From positions 62,001 to 126,000 of the forward strand of contig KZ538014.1 of assembly GCA_000934665.2 (NCBI GenBank): a stretch of DNA of 64,000 nucleotides, written 5' to 3'. The DNA comes from Catajapyx aquilonaris (lineage: Eukaryota). Positions 51,281 to 64,000 of the stretch are shown here, in pieces. The notes under the pieces were generated by a model. The model made no database searches. It was not told where the DNA came from and saw nothing but the letters and a program-made list of their open reading frames with translations. The position numbers and the translations under genes were made by a program. Positions within the stretch are counted from its first letter, which is position 1; each line of letters opens with the position of its first letter.

Positions 51281-54028
51281 GCAGCAAGAGTGGAAGACAT
51301 GTAGGTCTGTTCTATCCATAATGAAGATTATAACATGTAATTAGGTTCTTTTTTTGTTAATGACAAACTCAGATACAGGTACAAAAGCTGCACTGGAATG
51401 TGTCAAGCTATACATTAAAGATGAAGTAACGGTTGAAAAAAAAAGGTTTTATAGGCGCACCATAATACCCTTACTTTAAAAACAACACTTCATGTAACTT
51501 ATTATCACTTGGTGGAAAATTGTACCACATAGACACATTTATAAAGGCGTATTAGATAATAAATTATATAATGTTTCTTGTACATACTGTACAATGAAAT
51601 AATGCCTTTTACAGGGGTCACTTGCACACATTACAATTTGCATAGGAAACACTTATAACAATTACGTACCATTATTAATTAATAAATTAATATAAGTTAG
51701 TTATTTGATACCCACCTATCGACGTCATTTTACGATTATTATAATTAATGTAATGATGTCGCAATTACATTAATTATTATCAGTAACTGTCCCAATATAC
51801 AGTATATAAAGAAATGAATAATTCGTATATTGGTAACTTAGAATATTTGAAAAAAAACTTTTGATGACGCCTCCTAAAGCTGAAATAGCGGCGGAATGCG
51901 AGTACCGCCTGTTTATGACGTAAAGGGTGGGAGTCCCCTTTTGATCATAGTTTGAGATCCACCTTGATTATCTTATAGATCACCATCATGTATGCAGAAG
52001 TTCAAATTATAAAGTATGCGAGCGCAATTATGTCGCAAATTTAGTACGCAGTGCGTATTTTGTTCCCAGAACAAGGCAAATTTCATTCCAGAAGGACAAC
52101 TTTCGTTATCACTGTAGTACCATAACTAATACTTTGGGTTAAAATGATTTTATATGCTTGAATCAATCTAATTTGCGCTGCAGAAGAAATTACCAGCCTC
52201 GTATTAGCAAATTCTATATGTGATAGCAATAATTATGGACTTCCAAACTGTACATTACATCTCATATACAAAATAAGTACTATTGCGAGCAAAATGATGG
52301 ATACCGAGTGATGCAGGTTTGGTCTTTATTATTGCAGGAGGTGAGACAACTAAAGCTACTAGGTTTACTGATGATAAGGCGTGACATTGGGTACTGTACC
52401 GTTACGCCACATCTCCATCTTTTTGTTTGCCACAGTGTACAAGTGGAATAATGGTCACTCTCATAAGAATACACTCATATCTGATGCAATCATACTACTG
52501 ATCTTCATTTCTGTCTGCAATAGGATAGGAATCTGATGCATGCATTTATTTGGAACCTCTCACTGAGCGGTATTACCTGCAGGGTCAACTCCAAACGCGT
52601 GATGTGTTAAACTCTTGGAATTAGGTATGTTTACTTAGGAAGGGTGGGCGACGGTTAGAATGGTCGAAATGGCGGCAGAGCTTGAACGAGCAACCAACTA
52701 CAAGTTGAGTATAGGGGAGCCCGATGGGTCACAAATTATTGTCAGGTTAGGCCCCTCCTCCGGCTTCACTCTCTCTCTCTCTCTTCTTGCTCCCCGATCC
52801 CTCTGAGGCCCTTTGTGCAAGGTAGGCAGTTCTTTGTGACGCCTATTGGGGGCGCTGCAACTGCCTGCGTTGCCAGTTTGAAAACCACTGTGTGACATGC
52901 TAAAATTTCGGGCAGTTTCCCTCGAAAATTAATGTCCTAGTAGGTTTCTGAGTCAATGGAGGGAAAAAGGGACGTCCGGAAGTTTGGACGTTGACAAACT
53001 CAAGGGCTGGTAGAGGGACGTGAGGGAGCAATATAGAGGATGTCTTTCTCAGAGGTTTTCAGTTCACGTATGAAGCGCGTTGCTGTTGGTGATACCTCCA
53101 GTTGGAAAATTGTTTACAGGTAGGTGATAGTGCCCCCCCCCCCTCAACATAATGGGATGTTTATACAAATTCTTTGTTTTCGCGCTGTGCTCGATAAGGC
53201 AACAGTGATATGGAAATTCACTGTGAGTCAGCTTTTCCCTATTGGTTGAATTTCAAATGCAGTGAGGGTGAGAGAAGTTGAAGGGGCTTGATTACATACA
53301 ATCAAGAATGAGAGCGTGCGCTTCAAAAAAAAATGTTTTCCCATGGGTTCCATGTATCCTTCGCTGGTGTGATATTCACGATATGATCCAATCAAGTCAG
53401 TTGAATCCAATTTACCTAGAAGCTTGATTGCTGTAGTATATGCTAACGTACGCCACACGCATGAGGACAAATTCGGCAATGACGACAGGACAAGGGGTTA
53501 TTTCAAAACTGAATTTTTAACAATGTAATGCCTAGTTTTGGACCCCTGTATATGGCTTTCATGACTATTTCGCTTTTAAAGTGAAGTCTGCCACAGCCAG
53601 CATCCCGCCATTTACACATGCAAGGTTGTAGCTTTATTCCAACGGGAACCATCTGCCTTGTTTCGCTTATTAAGCCGACGTAATGGCGCTAATCAAGGCA
53701 AAATTGAGTCAGGTGTGTAGTGGGATGTTGGACAGCATTTTCTGGCTGGATATAGGCATAGAACAAACGTCCTGAAAATGTCGGCAAATAAATACGTTTT
53801 TATTGTCGCGAATCCGGCCAAGAATAAAATGAAAGTGGACCCAAAAAAAACTGGCTATATACGGAGGAAGGTGGCTTTAACAGGTGAAAAACCCAGCCAA
53901 ATAGCTTAATTGGAATGGAAACAGGGGTAGTCTAGTTGGTCATTTGGAACCGTGGGCGTGGATATGGGTGCAATGGGAGAAGGTATAGTGGAGGCTCTCA
54001 GCAGGCTCTAATGCTGCGAAAGCCCTCC

Positions 54029-54428
54029 GCCATCCCTTATCATCATCTATTGCTTCATTAGGCCTAGTATATGCTCCAGAACACTCAACTCGTGCCGCCA
54101 GTTCTCATTTCGCATGTGTGACTACCCCCGGCCATTTGACCACAGCTATATCCCTTGCCATTAAGCCATTACCGATGCTTACCGTTTAGCACACATTGTT
54201 ATAGCCATCAGCAGGCTTAGAATTGCATGACTTGTTGCAGACAAAATATAGTTTCCGTATATGCATGCAAAGTCCGGTCCCAACCTATAGAAATCACACA
54301 TTACAAATGGGTTAGGGTTGGTGGAAGCCAGGAAAATAAATAAATGCGGGAAATGTGTGTGGAACGACAGGCAGAGCGAATGCGGTTTATCTGATGGCCA
54401 TCGTTGCCACTAAGTCACGGCAGGCCAT
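54029..54428. promoter_or_regulatory. GCCAT (Pho/YY1 core) cluster, candidate Polycomb response element
   Basis: Eight GCCAT/ATGGC cores at 54029, 54131, 54157, 54165, 54204, 54394, 54397 and 54424. Confidence 0.4.
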
Positions 54429-54899
54429 GTGACATGCTCTGTTTTCCTTCTGGCCGGCACCCATATTCGGGCTAATTTACGAAACGCCGGACACCCCCAA
54501 CTGGGTGACACATTTCATTGAAGTCGACATGCACTTGGTGACAACCAAGCTGGCTCAATACAGATAACCACATATGTGCTTTATTCGGTCAGAATGGTTG
54601 GACCCGCTTACTAATAGACAAGGGTGCGAATATGCATTTAGCCCGCAAGTGTCATTAGTTCATTAGTACAAGCATGCATGAGTTGCGAGGCGTATCACGC
54701 AACTGGCCAAACTCTACAGGTAAGGTTACAAAAAAAAAGAAGAGGGCAGCACGCATGGGCAAGCAAAAGGGTCCTGCCCCCCCTACTACCCCCCACCACC
54801 CCCTCGATTGATTGCTTCCTGAAGCAAGCAGAAAAGAATTTCGGTGCAAGGTGGGCGGTTCATATCGCTAATTTATTGTCACTTACCTGTGCTGGAGCT

Positions 54900-55660
54900 G
54901 GAGGTGGGGGCTAAAAAAGCACGGCCTTAATCCCCCGCTTGGACATTGGCGCCGGTTGGGAATGGAGGTAGGACGGCCGGTGGAGGCGCTTAAATCCTAG
55001 ATTTTCCAAGGGGGGGTGGGGGTGAGGGGTAGGGGTGGGGGAAAGGCCGGAGTGCGCCGGGTCAGACCGGCGGGGGCGGAGATGACCCGAGGTCGGCTGG
55101 TGACCCTGCTGGTTGTCCTCGGAGGGACTTGGGCTGCACTGCGACACTCCCGGCCGCCGGCTGTGCGCTGGTCGCGCACCGGCCTGAAACAATGGCGCCT
55201 GCTGCCTGCCTCCCCAATGTCTTGAGCGCAGGGTCCGTCGCGGTGCACCCCCCCAGCCATGCCACCTCCCCACCCTGCGCCATCCCCGCCCCATCCCCCC
55301 CACTTGAGACTAATCCGCCCAGGGAATTTCCACTGTACCTCGTACACCGTACACCTTGTCTCTGCGCTGGATGGGCTCCGACTAAACAGCCACCAGCAGC
55401 CACCCTCCCTCATCATTTTGCTCAAGCAGTGCCACTTTAAAAATGATTGTTACTCGGCAAATCCCGCCCCGTACTTAACCATTTTATGACCAAAATATGG
55501 ATGTCGTACTGGCGACCATTCGTCCCGGAGCCATTTCCCTGGACGAGAATGCAGCCATATTTTCCGCGGCCCCCACCGCTCCACCGACCCAACCTCTGGC
55601 TATTAAACGTGGGGGCCGTCCTTGGCGCCGATTTAATAGGACGGAAAAGAGCGCGTGAAC
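54900..55660. promoter_or_regulatory. Most GC/CpG-rich segment of the window; candidate promoter or regulatory island
   Basis: Visibly GC-rich with GC-box-like GGGGCGG/CCCGCCC motifs, G-run tract 55010-55041 and C-run tract 55248-55301. Confidence 0.35.
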
Positions 55661-58600
55661 GAAACAACGGGTACAGTATTCAAGGGCAATGTTGGGAAGT
55701 GCGAATCTAATGTGGTTGTGGATGACCTGACCTGTATGAGGGGTCGGGGGTTATGCTGATGGGTACTTTATGCAAGATGCGGGTTGGAAAATTGAGGGAT
55801 TCAAAGTTCGCGGTGACGTCATGGGCCGGACATCTTCTGTGCTGAGGGAGTCAGTCTCTGAGGAGGTAAACTTGATGCGGGTGTACTCGGCGAAACCACC
55901 TTGTTTTCATCTACCTAATGTCGTAGGTGTGCTGGCACGTCGCCTGGATGGCACTGTTTTGCTATAATGTCATAGCCAAGCACAACCCAGGACGAGTCGT
56001 CGCCTTTATTTTTAGAGCTTGTAGGGCTTGTTATGTGGCATACATTGTTGTTGCAATTGCGGTCAGGCATGGTGACACCTGTACATAGCAGAATCTGTCA
56101 GTTCAGCAAAATTTTCGCAAACACACTCCAATCTGAGGATCGAACTCAGGACCTCAGAGTAGGTGCAATGAATGGTAAATATACACATATACACTCTCGT
56201 TCAGTTTCCACTTAGATAAGTGGAAAAAACGATCATTTTTTCCACTTATTTCAAGTCGCGCACATATATTTCCACATTGTCCACTTATTTATTTATTTTA
56301 CCCCGTGATGCAACTGTAAGTCGTTATAGGGGGGTGGCCTACCACCATCGAATTTCTAGTATTTCATACTTTTTTCTTCGTTCTCCGTGCAGGGAAGCAA
56401 GGAAATGGGGTAAGGATATGGATTTTTGGGGCACATTATCCACTTATCTAATATTACTGTAATTAAGCAGAATGCATTTACTATTTCATTTATAATAATG
56501 TCATATGGTTCCTATAGAACAAGAAATGGGAATGTTACTCCAGCATCTGGCACATTATTAGCAATACAAACCGCCGGAACTAAGCACCTGAAATTTGATT
56601 AGAACGGTAAAAATTCATAACCGTGAGTGATGTGTCCAATTTTGGGACCTGAGGCGTTAATCGGTTAATTTGTCGTGGGCTGGGAGCAAATAGTGGCAAT
56701 CTGTTGCAGACGAAGCAGTCGACGACTTGGGGTTCGCAGTTAAACGTCACCAGCTACCTGGCAGTCATTGTGCAAGTTTATCCAAGAGTATATAGGGGGG
56801 GCCAAAAGACAAACAAGGCAAGTAGGTAGGCAAATTTTGAGAGGGGGGTTGGGTGGGCTTCCGTTTCCAATAATAGAGGCCCCGAGGCCAACACATGCGT
56901 GTAAGGACGCGAGAGCCGACTTTTCGTACGGGGAGAAGAAAATCTGACGGAATTTGAGCCCAGGCCGGCTCGTAATTTCCATCTGCTTACCTTGTACTCT
57001 TAGTAATTTTGCGTCGGCTGCAGCTTTTCTTACTTTCCAAGAGAATTTCCATCTCCAAAGGACCTGCTCGTAATTGTGATGGAAGCCCCACTGAGGCGAA
57101 GTTGAGTCCCAGCTGGCGCAGAAATTATGATGAAAGGAGCCACACTAAGTGAAGAGATATGTAGGAAAGTTTGCCGCTGTGGTTCACCGGGCACGTAGCA
57201 CCAAAGCCCAACCAGAAAACCCCCCGACTATACCAACCTCCCTCCTTCTTCCTCTTTCCTTTCTTGATGAGCCTTAGGTATAAGAGAAACCCTGGGAGTA
57301 ACAGATCAAGGATATAGCGCTCTCCAGAGTCACTTAATCAGAGCCGCCCTCTAAATATCCTTCTTAGAAGGGATAGCCCAAGTCTTAGAGATCTTGATAA
57401 CATGAGTCATCAGGTTTGCCATACATGAGGTCCCCCATCTATACACACTGGGCCAGACTCAGATTAGATCTGGAGGGGGTATTTACATATCCGATGTACT
57501 CAATATGCAGGGTTTTGCGTGGGAAAAACGGGACACTATGGTATCAATAAAGGATTGCAAATTGAGATGAGTCTACCGTTTTGGGAGCAAGGTCTTGCAT
57601 ATTGTATTGCATGTTTTTTTCCGATTGTTTCTATCTGATGACGCAATTTGATCTGTGTTTGACAGGAGCAGGATGCTGTATCCAGTGGAATCGGTAGCAA
57701 CACCTGGAAGCGTACACACCTGGGAGAGAGTAAGTTGCCAAATTTTTGTTGAATATTTCCAAGTAGAAACAAGGGGTCGCCATAAAAATAGTTGGCATAG
57801 GGCAGGGAGACATAAAGCCGTGTCTCTGAATGTTGCACAGGTCTCATCACATCGGGTTCTCAGCTGTGTGCAGAGGTGCGTTTATTCGGAAAGTGGGAGG
57901 CGTAATGGTAGGAGATGAAGAAGAAAAAAAAGCAGTCCCTTGGAGTTTAGCAGACATTCTCTCCTTGGGGAGGTGTGATGGATGGCACGTTATTCGGGAG
58001 GTTCTGCATTAGCCCAGGCATTTTAGGGACTCCCAAGGAGAAACATGAGCCCGGGATTAACAGGCCATACGTGTTCGGAAAAGGCTCCTTCACCTGCAAT
58101 TTTTCATGATAAGCCGGAGTCTCAGGTGGATTCGCGGGGAGGTCCGTTGCACGTAGTTCGCTCCGCCGCGATGGACAGGAATGGTTCGAAACTCCTTCGA
58201 GGATCTGGAAATCGCCTCACTTTATATTGATGCACGAATGGGGGGCATTATTCCTCCTGGACACGAAGTCTGGCCGAAGGGGAGGGGGAGAAAGGGGAGG
58301 GAGAGGACACCCCAAAAAAGAATAAGGCAGGGAGTTAGGATTTAATGGGAGGGTGGACTCCACTGCTTCCAATATCGGCTTAGGATGATGCGGCACCATA
58401 TTTATTTACTGGGTTATATGCAGTGAGGTCAGATATAGCAGAGGGACGCTACTGTGGAATAATTGACCGCTTGCATTTTCAACAAATCATATTTGGGGGA
58501 GGGGGGGTGCGCTTTTTTTTTGAGAATGGCAAAAGTAATGTGGTCATAACACTGCACTGATGCGAAATTCGGCAGTGTAAAGAATTTCTGTCTGCCACTG

Positions 58601-61009
58601 GTTCTATAAGTTACATCATTATATTTTATGGTTGATGAACATTGGCTGTGGCATCCCGGGCGAGACTTGCATCGAAAAAAAGGTACATTCTCTCTGTTAG
58701 TGCTTCAGATAATTTTGAAGTCAGGTACAGTGACAATTTTATGACAGGTATGTCGGACGTGTCGACCTCCCAGCAGTTGAACAGTTATATCAGTATGGTC
58801 ACGAAATAAACTATCCACTTCTATTATAGTCTCGCTTCACTTTCGCCTCCCTTCTGCTCCTATTATATCCCTGTTTCACACCAGAAAATATCTTGCAGGG
58901 AATACCTCTTGGAACATCTTTTGGCTCCCTTGCTTCTCTATTCTTAACCAAATTTGGTACACAGGTGTAGATGAGAATAATATTGTCGAATTTACAGTAA
59001 CCTATATTTTGTTTCTGGTCTTGTTAGTAACAGTATCATGTACGGTTGACTGAGTCACTTTCAGTTGAATTAAACTTGTATACACACAGAAGAAGAGCTC
59101 CATATATATTCTGCATGCATCTTGCACAATACACATGACAGCATAGCATTAAAAAGCAGCCGTGAGAAGAGAGACTGAAATAACGTCATGTAGTTTACAT
59201 TATGTCCTACGTGTCTGCATGTATATAGCGTATTTTCAATTTACAATTTCCATTTTGTCTGTTTTATCCTCATGCAATGTCACCTTCGTGTGACCCAACT
59301 ATACAAGAGTTGGAATCCGTTGCTCTACACTGAAAAAAGTTGCTGTACAGTACCCCTTCATGCAATTAACCAGTGCAGCTAAATCCCTATTATAATTCGT
59401 GATAACTATCTGACCCAGTTTTGCAAATTCATACGGTACTTGCATCCTCACGCAATCCGTGAAGCGTAACAGTACGGTATGCTACTCCAATTTCTAGGCA
59501 CTTGGGATGCTACCTGTCTCCATTATTATCAGTCATACCTACGTGATTTTAAGCTGAAGGTCAGTCTAAAAATGTACTGCGCACGCCATACCAGCAGTTG
59601 CTTGCCTACTACCCGTGTCCAAAGGTGAACAAAAGGAATTCTTAACGGCCTGAACAAAATGATTGCCTTCATAAAGGCACTTGTTAAATTTTTAATTTCT
59701 CGCGACCTCCGGCTTCAATAAAATAACCGGCGAAGATTACGGCGTGTGCTGAATGACTTATTTACCATTATTAAAAGAATGGAAGGTATAGTAGTTAGAG
59801 TTAGACCCTTACAAAGCCTTACAACAATGTATCATATATTATTATGATCACATTTTTGGCGTCTACTATCTATATTATACCAATTATGATATACGCCATT
59901 GCTTCCGAGGATATTGCGCCACTTATCCCAAATATTATCCTGCACATCACAACGAACACCCGTCCAAAAAGTTCACGTATTCTATTCAAATCTTTTATAT
60001 GGGATGTGATATGTGAGATAAAGAAATGAGCGTGCTCGCATGCATGTGAGGGCTGTAGACCTATATGCCTTATGAAACTTACCACTGATCAAAATAAAAT
60101 AGGCATATACCATATATTTTACGGCGTCATAAAGAGCCTGATATATAGTTTTTATTATATTGAAATATAAGATGCATGCCTCTTTTTTCCATCGCACTTC
60201 ATTTCAAAAAATTTCGAAAAATTTCATCAGCCAACTCACAGTTGATTCTCATGCTATAGTTATACTATGCCATACAGTGAATACTATTTAGGGAATTATT
60301 TGCATTGCTGTTATTTCTTTATATTATTGCATTGTATTATAATGAGTTTTAATGCGGACGAGTAATTTTAAGGATCAGATGGCTGGACATATAAGCTTAT
60401 ACATCATCTTATAGGTATATGCCTAATGTGATGGCTTTGTTAATTTGTGGTTAATTTTTATGATCAGTTTATTTAAGTAGAAGGCTGTTTACTTTTGGAG
60501 AAGAACGTTCAAGATATATGTCGAGATTGTTGACTCCGTCGAGTGCGGTCCCGGTATGTTGGTCATGTGACCGATAGTTTTTAATGAATACCATATTAAT
60601 GAATTGTAGGGATATTAGCAACCAAAATTTTCAATCTTGAGCTAAGATTAGAATTTATCCCAGTCATTCCACGCATTAAGTTGCACAATATTGTGGAGGT
60701 TTTTTCACGTAACTTATATGAAAAACTAAACTGGTTTGTCATTTATATTTTGACCATTAAAATGATCATTCCGCGTAATGCTTTAACTGAAAGTATAGGC
60801 CACTTTGTCTGAGCAAATGTTTGTGTTGATATTTTCCCGGTATGCTGCATGTTATCGAGTGCACGGCCTCTGGCATAGCGACGCGGCAAAGTAATATTAT
60901 CCTAGGCAACTGTTGCTCAGAGCTGAGGTGAATATTTCATGCAAAGCTGGGAATTAAGAATGAGCACACATACTTCGACGCGAGAGCAGCAAGGTTACTA
61001 ACTGACCTA

Positions 61010-61136
61010 GGGCCGGTTTCACCAAGCCCGATTTTGATAAAACCCCTGTTCTTTCGGAAAATCCCTATTCTATATTTGCAGGGATTTTCCAAAAGAACCG
61101 GGGTTTTATCAAAACCAGCCTTGGTGAAACCAGCCC
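61010..61136. mobile_element. PIF/Harbinger MITE related to 21215-21340
   Basis: GGGCCGGTTTCACCAAG...CTTGGTGAAACCAGCCC, same internal GATAAAACC/GGAAAATCC layout, CTA/TTA flanks. Confidence 0.85.
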
Positions 61137-64000
61137 TTAGCCGACACAACAGAGGCAAGCAAAAAAATATCAGCAGTGAATTTGTCCAGCCGCTAATTCC
61201 CATAAATCTCTATAGTTATAAACTGGTGCAATATAATAACGTCGCCACATTCCCTCGCTGTAGGATATTTAAAGCACATTTTTTTCTCTCCACATAATTG
61301 TTTATAGCATCGAAGAAACTAATGCTTGTGTTTAATCAGCGGAAATAATCATGCACGATGCTGGTATATAATGTATATTTCATTAAATACAACTGCATGT
61401 AAAAAATTGGATTTCATTCCATATCTTTCAAGAAATATTCATCTTATTAATGCGAGCAGCACGCCTTAGGAAGGCATATACTGTAGTTTCTCAATCCCAC
61501 TGGCATGACATCTCAAATAAAACCGAATAGCAATTACTTACGCAGTGGGAGTCTGAAGGAGGAGGATAGAATATATTGGATATAATAAACCAACCGACCT
61601 CGCACGATCGCCTGTTCAATGACACATATTTCCCCCTTAGCCTTATTTGCAGTGGGAATATATTCAGAGTCAGTAATTAACTCGGTCTTGAAGAATAAGT
61701 GTGGGGGCCAACAAAACATGGGCACGAATCACGTTTCATTTTTCCCACGTGTTAAGGTCATACTCTGGAAGGTCCGCGTTGTCCTTAAATCACGGCTGAA
61801 GCCCACGCTTTGAGCTTAGCGTTGGGCCATTTCTTAAGTCCCACCCAACACCGTGTATTCTGTTCAATAAGTTGTGGGGGTGTAAGAGCAGGACTTATTA
61901 AGGAATTCTTAGGCCGATTCCCCTATGCGAGGCACGTACTTGAGTAAGGAATAAGACACGGTCGAAGATGCCACGGAGATGTAGTTTGAAAATGAAATAA
62001 GAGACGGCCATGGATAAATCAATGGATTAAGGGATTGCGATTCGAGACTTACACTGTTCTTTGGGGAAGGGATTCTCTGAAATCTATAACCTATCAGGTT
62101 CTGCACCTAATCCGTAAATTATGTTTCAATTATATTCTTAAATTTATTTCTTATTGGATTTTTGGGGAGGAGTAAGTGGCGTGGTTTTTTATTTATTTTT
62201 TGGATTTTCTGTTCCAGAGGTTTCCAATCTTCTCGTGATTTCCCTTACATTCCTTACATTTTTGTCACGTATCCATTTCATCCTTGCCATCCCAAAGTTC
62301 CCCCAACCTTTTTTTTTTCTTTTGTTAGGATTAGGGTTTTCTGTCTAGCAACGTTTCTATAGGGGCTAGAATGCAACTAATATTCCTAGTTGAAATATTG
62401 TGCTGGCACATGCAACAAGATTTCAGTTTAGATTGATATTAACCGACATTAATTTTTGTCAATTAATGATGTAGCAAATTAGACCAGGCATTGTGCACTA
62501 CATGGCAATTGTTGGGACTCGTGCAATATGTTGGTAGTCTCTGTTAGGACTTAGGAGGTCATACCAAGACTGGAAAATCCAGTCTTATTTTGAAGATTAA
62601 TTCATTTTCCAATATGATGTCATCTAAAGTACATCCTCAGTACCGGTACGCAACATAACCTCCCAAAAAATGAACATCAATATGCTTTTAACTCGTACAT
62701 GTTTCCACAACTGTCACACTTCATTTGAGGTAAAAATATTTACAGTCAAGAGTTTGATTAGTATGCACAGTACAAGCATAACGACCTTTTGTATCCGTGG
62801 CATGTGTGTACCTGCACGATATCTGCTTGAAAAATCAGCATAACGTGAAATCCATCAAAACAACGACTAAGTCACGTGATATCATCTATGCAGTTTTCAT
62901 ACCATGAACCTCCCTCCTATTTTACAACCGTCCCAGGTTCTATATTTAGCCTATCACGCAGCACCTATGCATTCCCTACATTTCCGGTAATAAAAGGAAA
63001 TAATACAGACGCCTTAAAAAATCAGGACAAGGTTAAAATATCTGGAGCGAATCGCAGACTTCCTCTAAAAAACAAAGGGCTAGTCATGGCATCCTACAAA
63101 GGTTTAGACCCGGTTTGATGTCGGTTAGAAGATTTCCCGCCCGAAATCCTACCGCGCGCCATCTGCACCTAATTCACAGCTCTGCGTACAGAGGGCAGCT
63201 GCGATAGGAGGCGCCAATTACGCCTTTTTTGGTCCTTTCCTCCACCCCCCTAGCTCTCCTCCTCCCCACTTTTCCTAGCCGAGGTTGGATCCATTTAAGG
63301 GAGGCACCGTTGCCAAACTGCCTCTTTCACCTAATACAATCGAATCCGTTTCTTTTTCCGTAGAAGGTGGGAAAAAGGCGGGTCAAAGAGCACGTAGGGG
63401 TTAAGTGAATGAATTGAAGCCTGGTTCAGGGAATGGAAAAAAAAGAAGGGGAGAGGAGGAGGAAAAAAAGAAACAGGGAAGAAATAGGGAGAAGATTGCT
63501 TAGGGAGTTTGGACGGCTGGTAGTTGGAAGAAGAAGGAAAAAGGAATGCTCCAATCAGACCCCGGGGGAAAGAGAGTTGAATTCCTTGGAAGCTCGGCCT
63601 ACTTGGCCTTCACCGCAGGAGGTCAAGCGCCTTTTTACATTCGGAATGAAGCGGGGGTACAAAATGGAAGAATTGGGGGCTCCACACTATTGCATGCGGC
63701 TAGGATTTTGACTTGTAATGGGCCAGGCACGAAATGGGGGAGCTTTCGTGGCCATATTTTGAAATGGATATCAGCACATTGAATTCGTACTATTGTTAGA
63801 CCTCATTTTGGATTTGTACAGTGCAGTGGGTGCAATAGAGGAGATATGATAGGAGGTGAGCTCTATAATTAATAACAAGGACAATGTTAATGTGCTTTTT
63901 CGGTATATTACAATAGATCTGTAATGGCGGTTCATGCTTTTGAAGGAGCAATATTCAACTATATTTTGTAGAATTTGTTACAGAAGGTATTGTTGATGCC

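Noticed and set aside
54911..55489. Stack of 100-140 aa ORFs on both strands
   Set aside because: Explained by stop-codon scarcity in GC-rich, low-complexity DNA.
56125..56170. tRNA T-arm-like remnant on the minus strand
   Set aside because: Too short and degenerate to call.
1..64000. ORF-track entries as protein-coding genes, including a Hox homeobox exon
   Set aside because: All are short (<170 aa), often overlapping, with no recognisable domain. No homeodomain or YPWM motif was seen. Only the mariner fragment has real homology.

Overview
Eukaryotic (arthropod-type) non-coding genomic DNA with no credible protein-coding gene. The key landmark is a complete bidirectional miRNA hairpin at ~31,799-31,873. 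Its arms match the mature miR-iab-8-5p (+ strand) and miR-iab-4-5p/3p (- strand) sequences as I recall them. This places the window in the posterior Hox cluster, in the abd-A/Abd-B intergenic 'iab' region. By analogy with Drosophila, Hox/iab-8 sense is the + strand, with Abd-B to the left and abd-A to the right, both outside the window (inference). The rest is a mosaic. (i) GC-richer, homopolymer-rich, TE-free blocks carry Pho/YY1-, CTCF- and homeodomain-type motifs and are candidate iab enhancers, PREs and boundaries. (ii) AT-rich stretches hold many non-autonomous DNA transposons (Tc1/mariner, pogo/Tigger, PIF/Harbinger and piggyBac-like MITEs), a deleted mariner, tRNA-derived SINEs with target-site duplications, and (ATT)n microsatellites. 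Speculative extras are splice-signal-bounded segments that could be exons of the iab-4/iab-8 host lncRNAs (one with a CAAX-ending small ORF), candidate recursive splice sites, and a 1-kb foldback with signs of arm-to-arm conversion. The species cannot be determined from the sequence alone.
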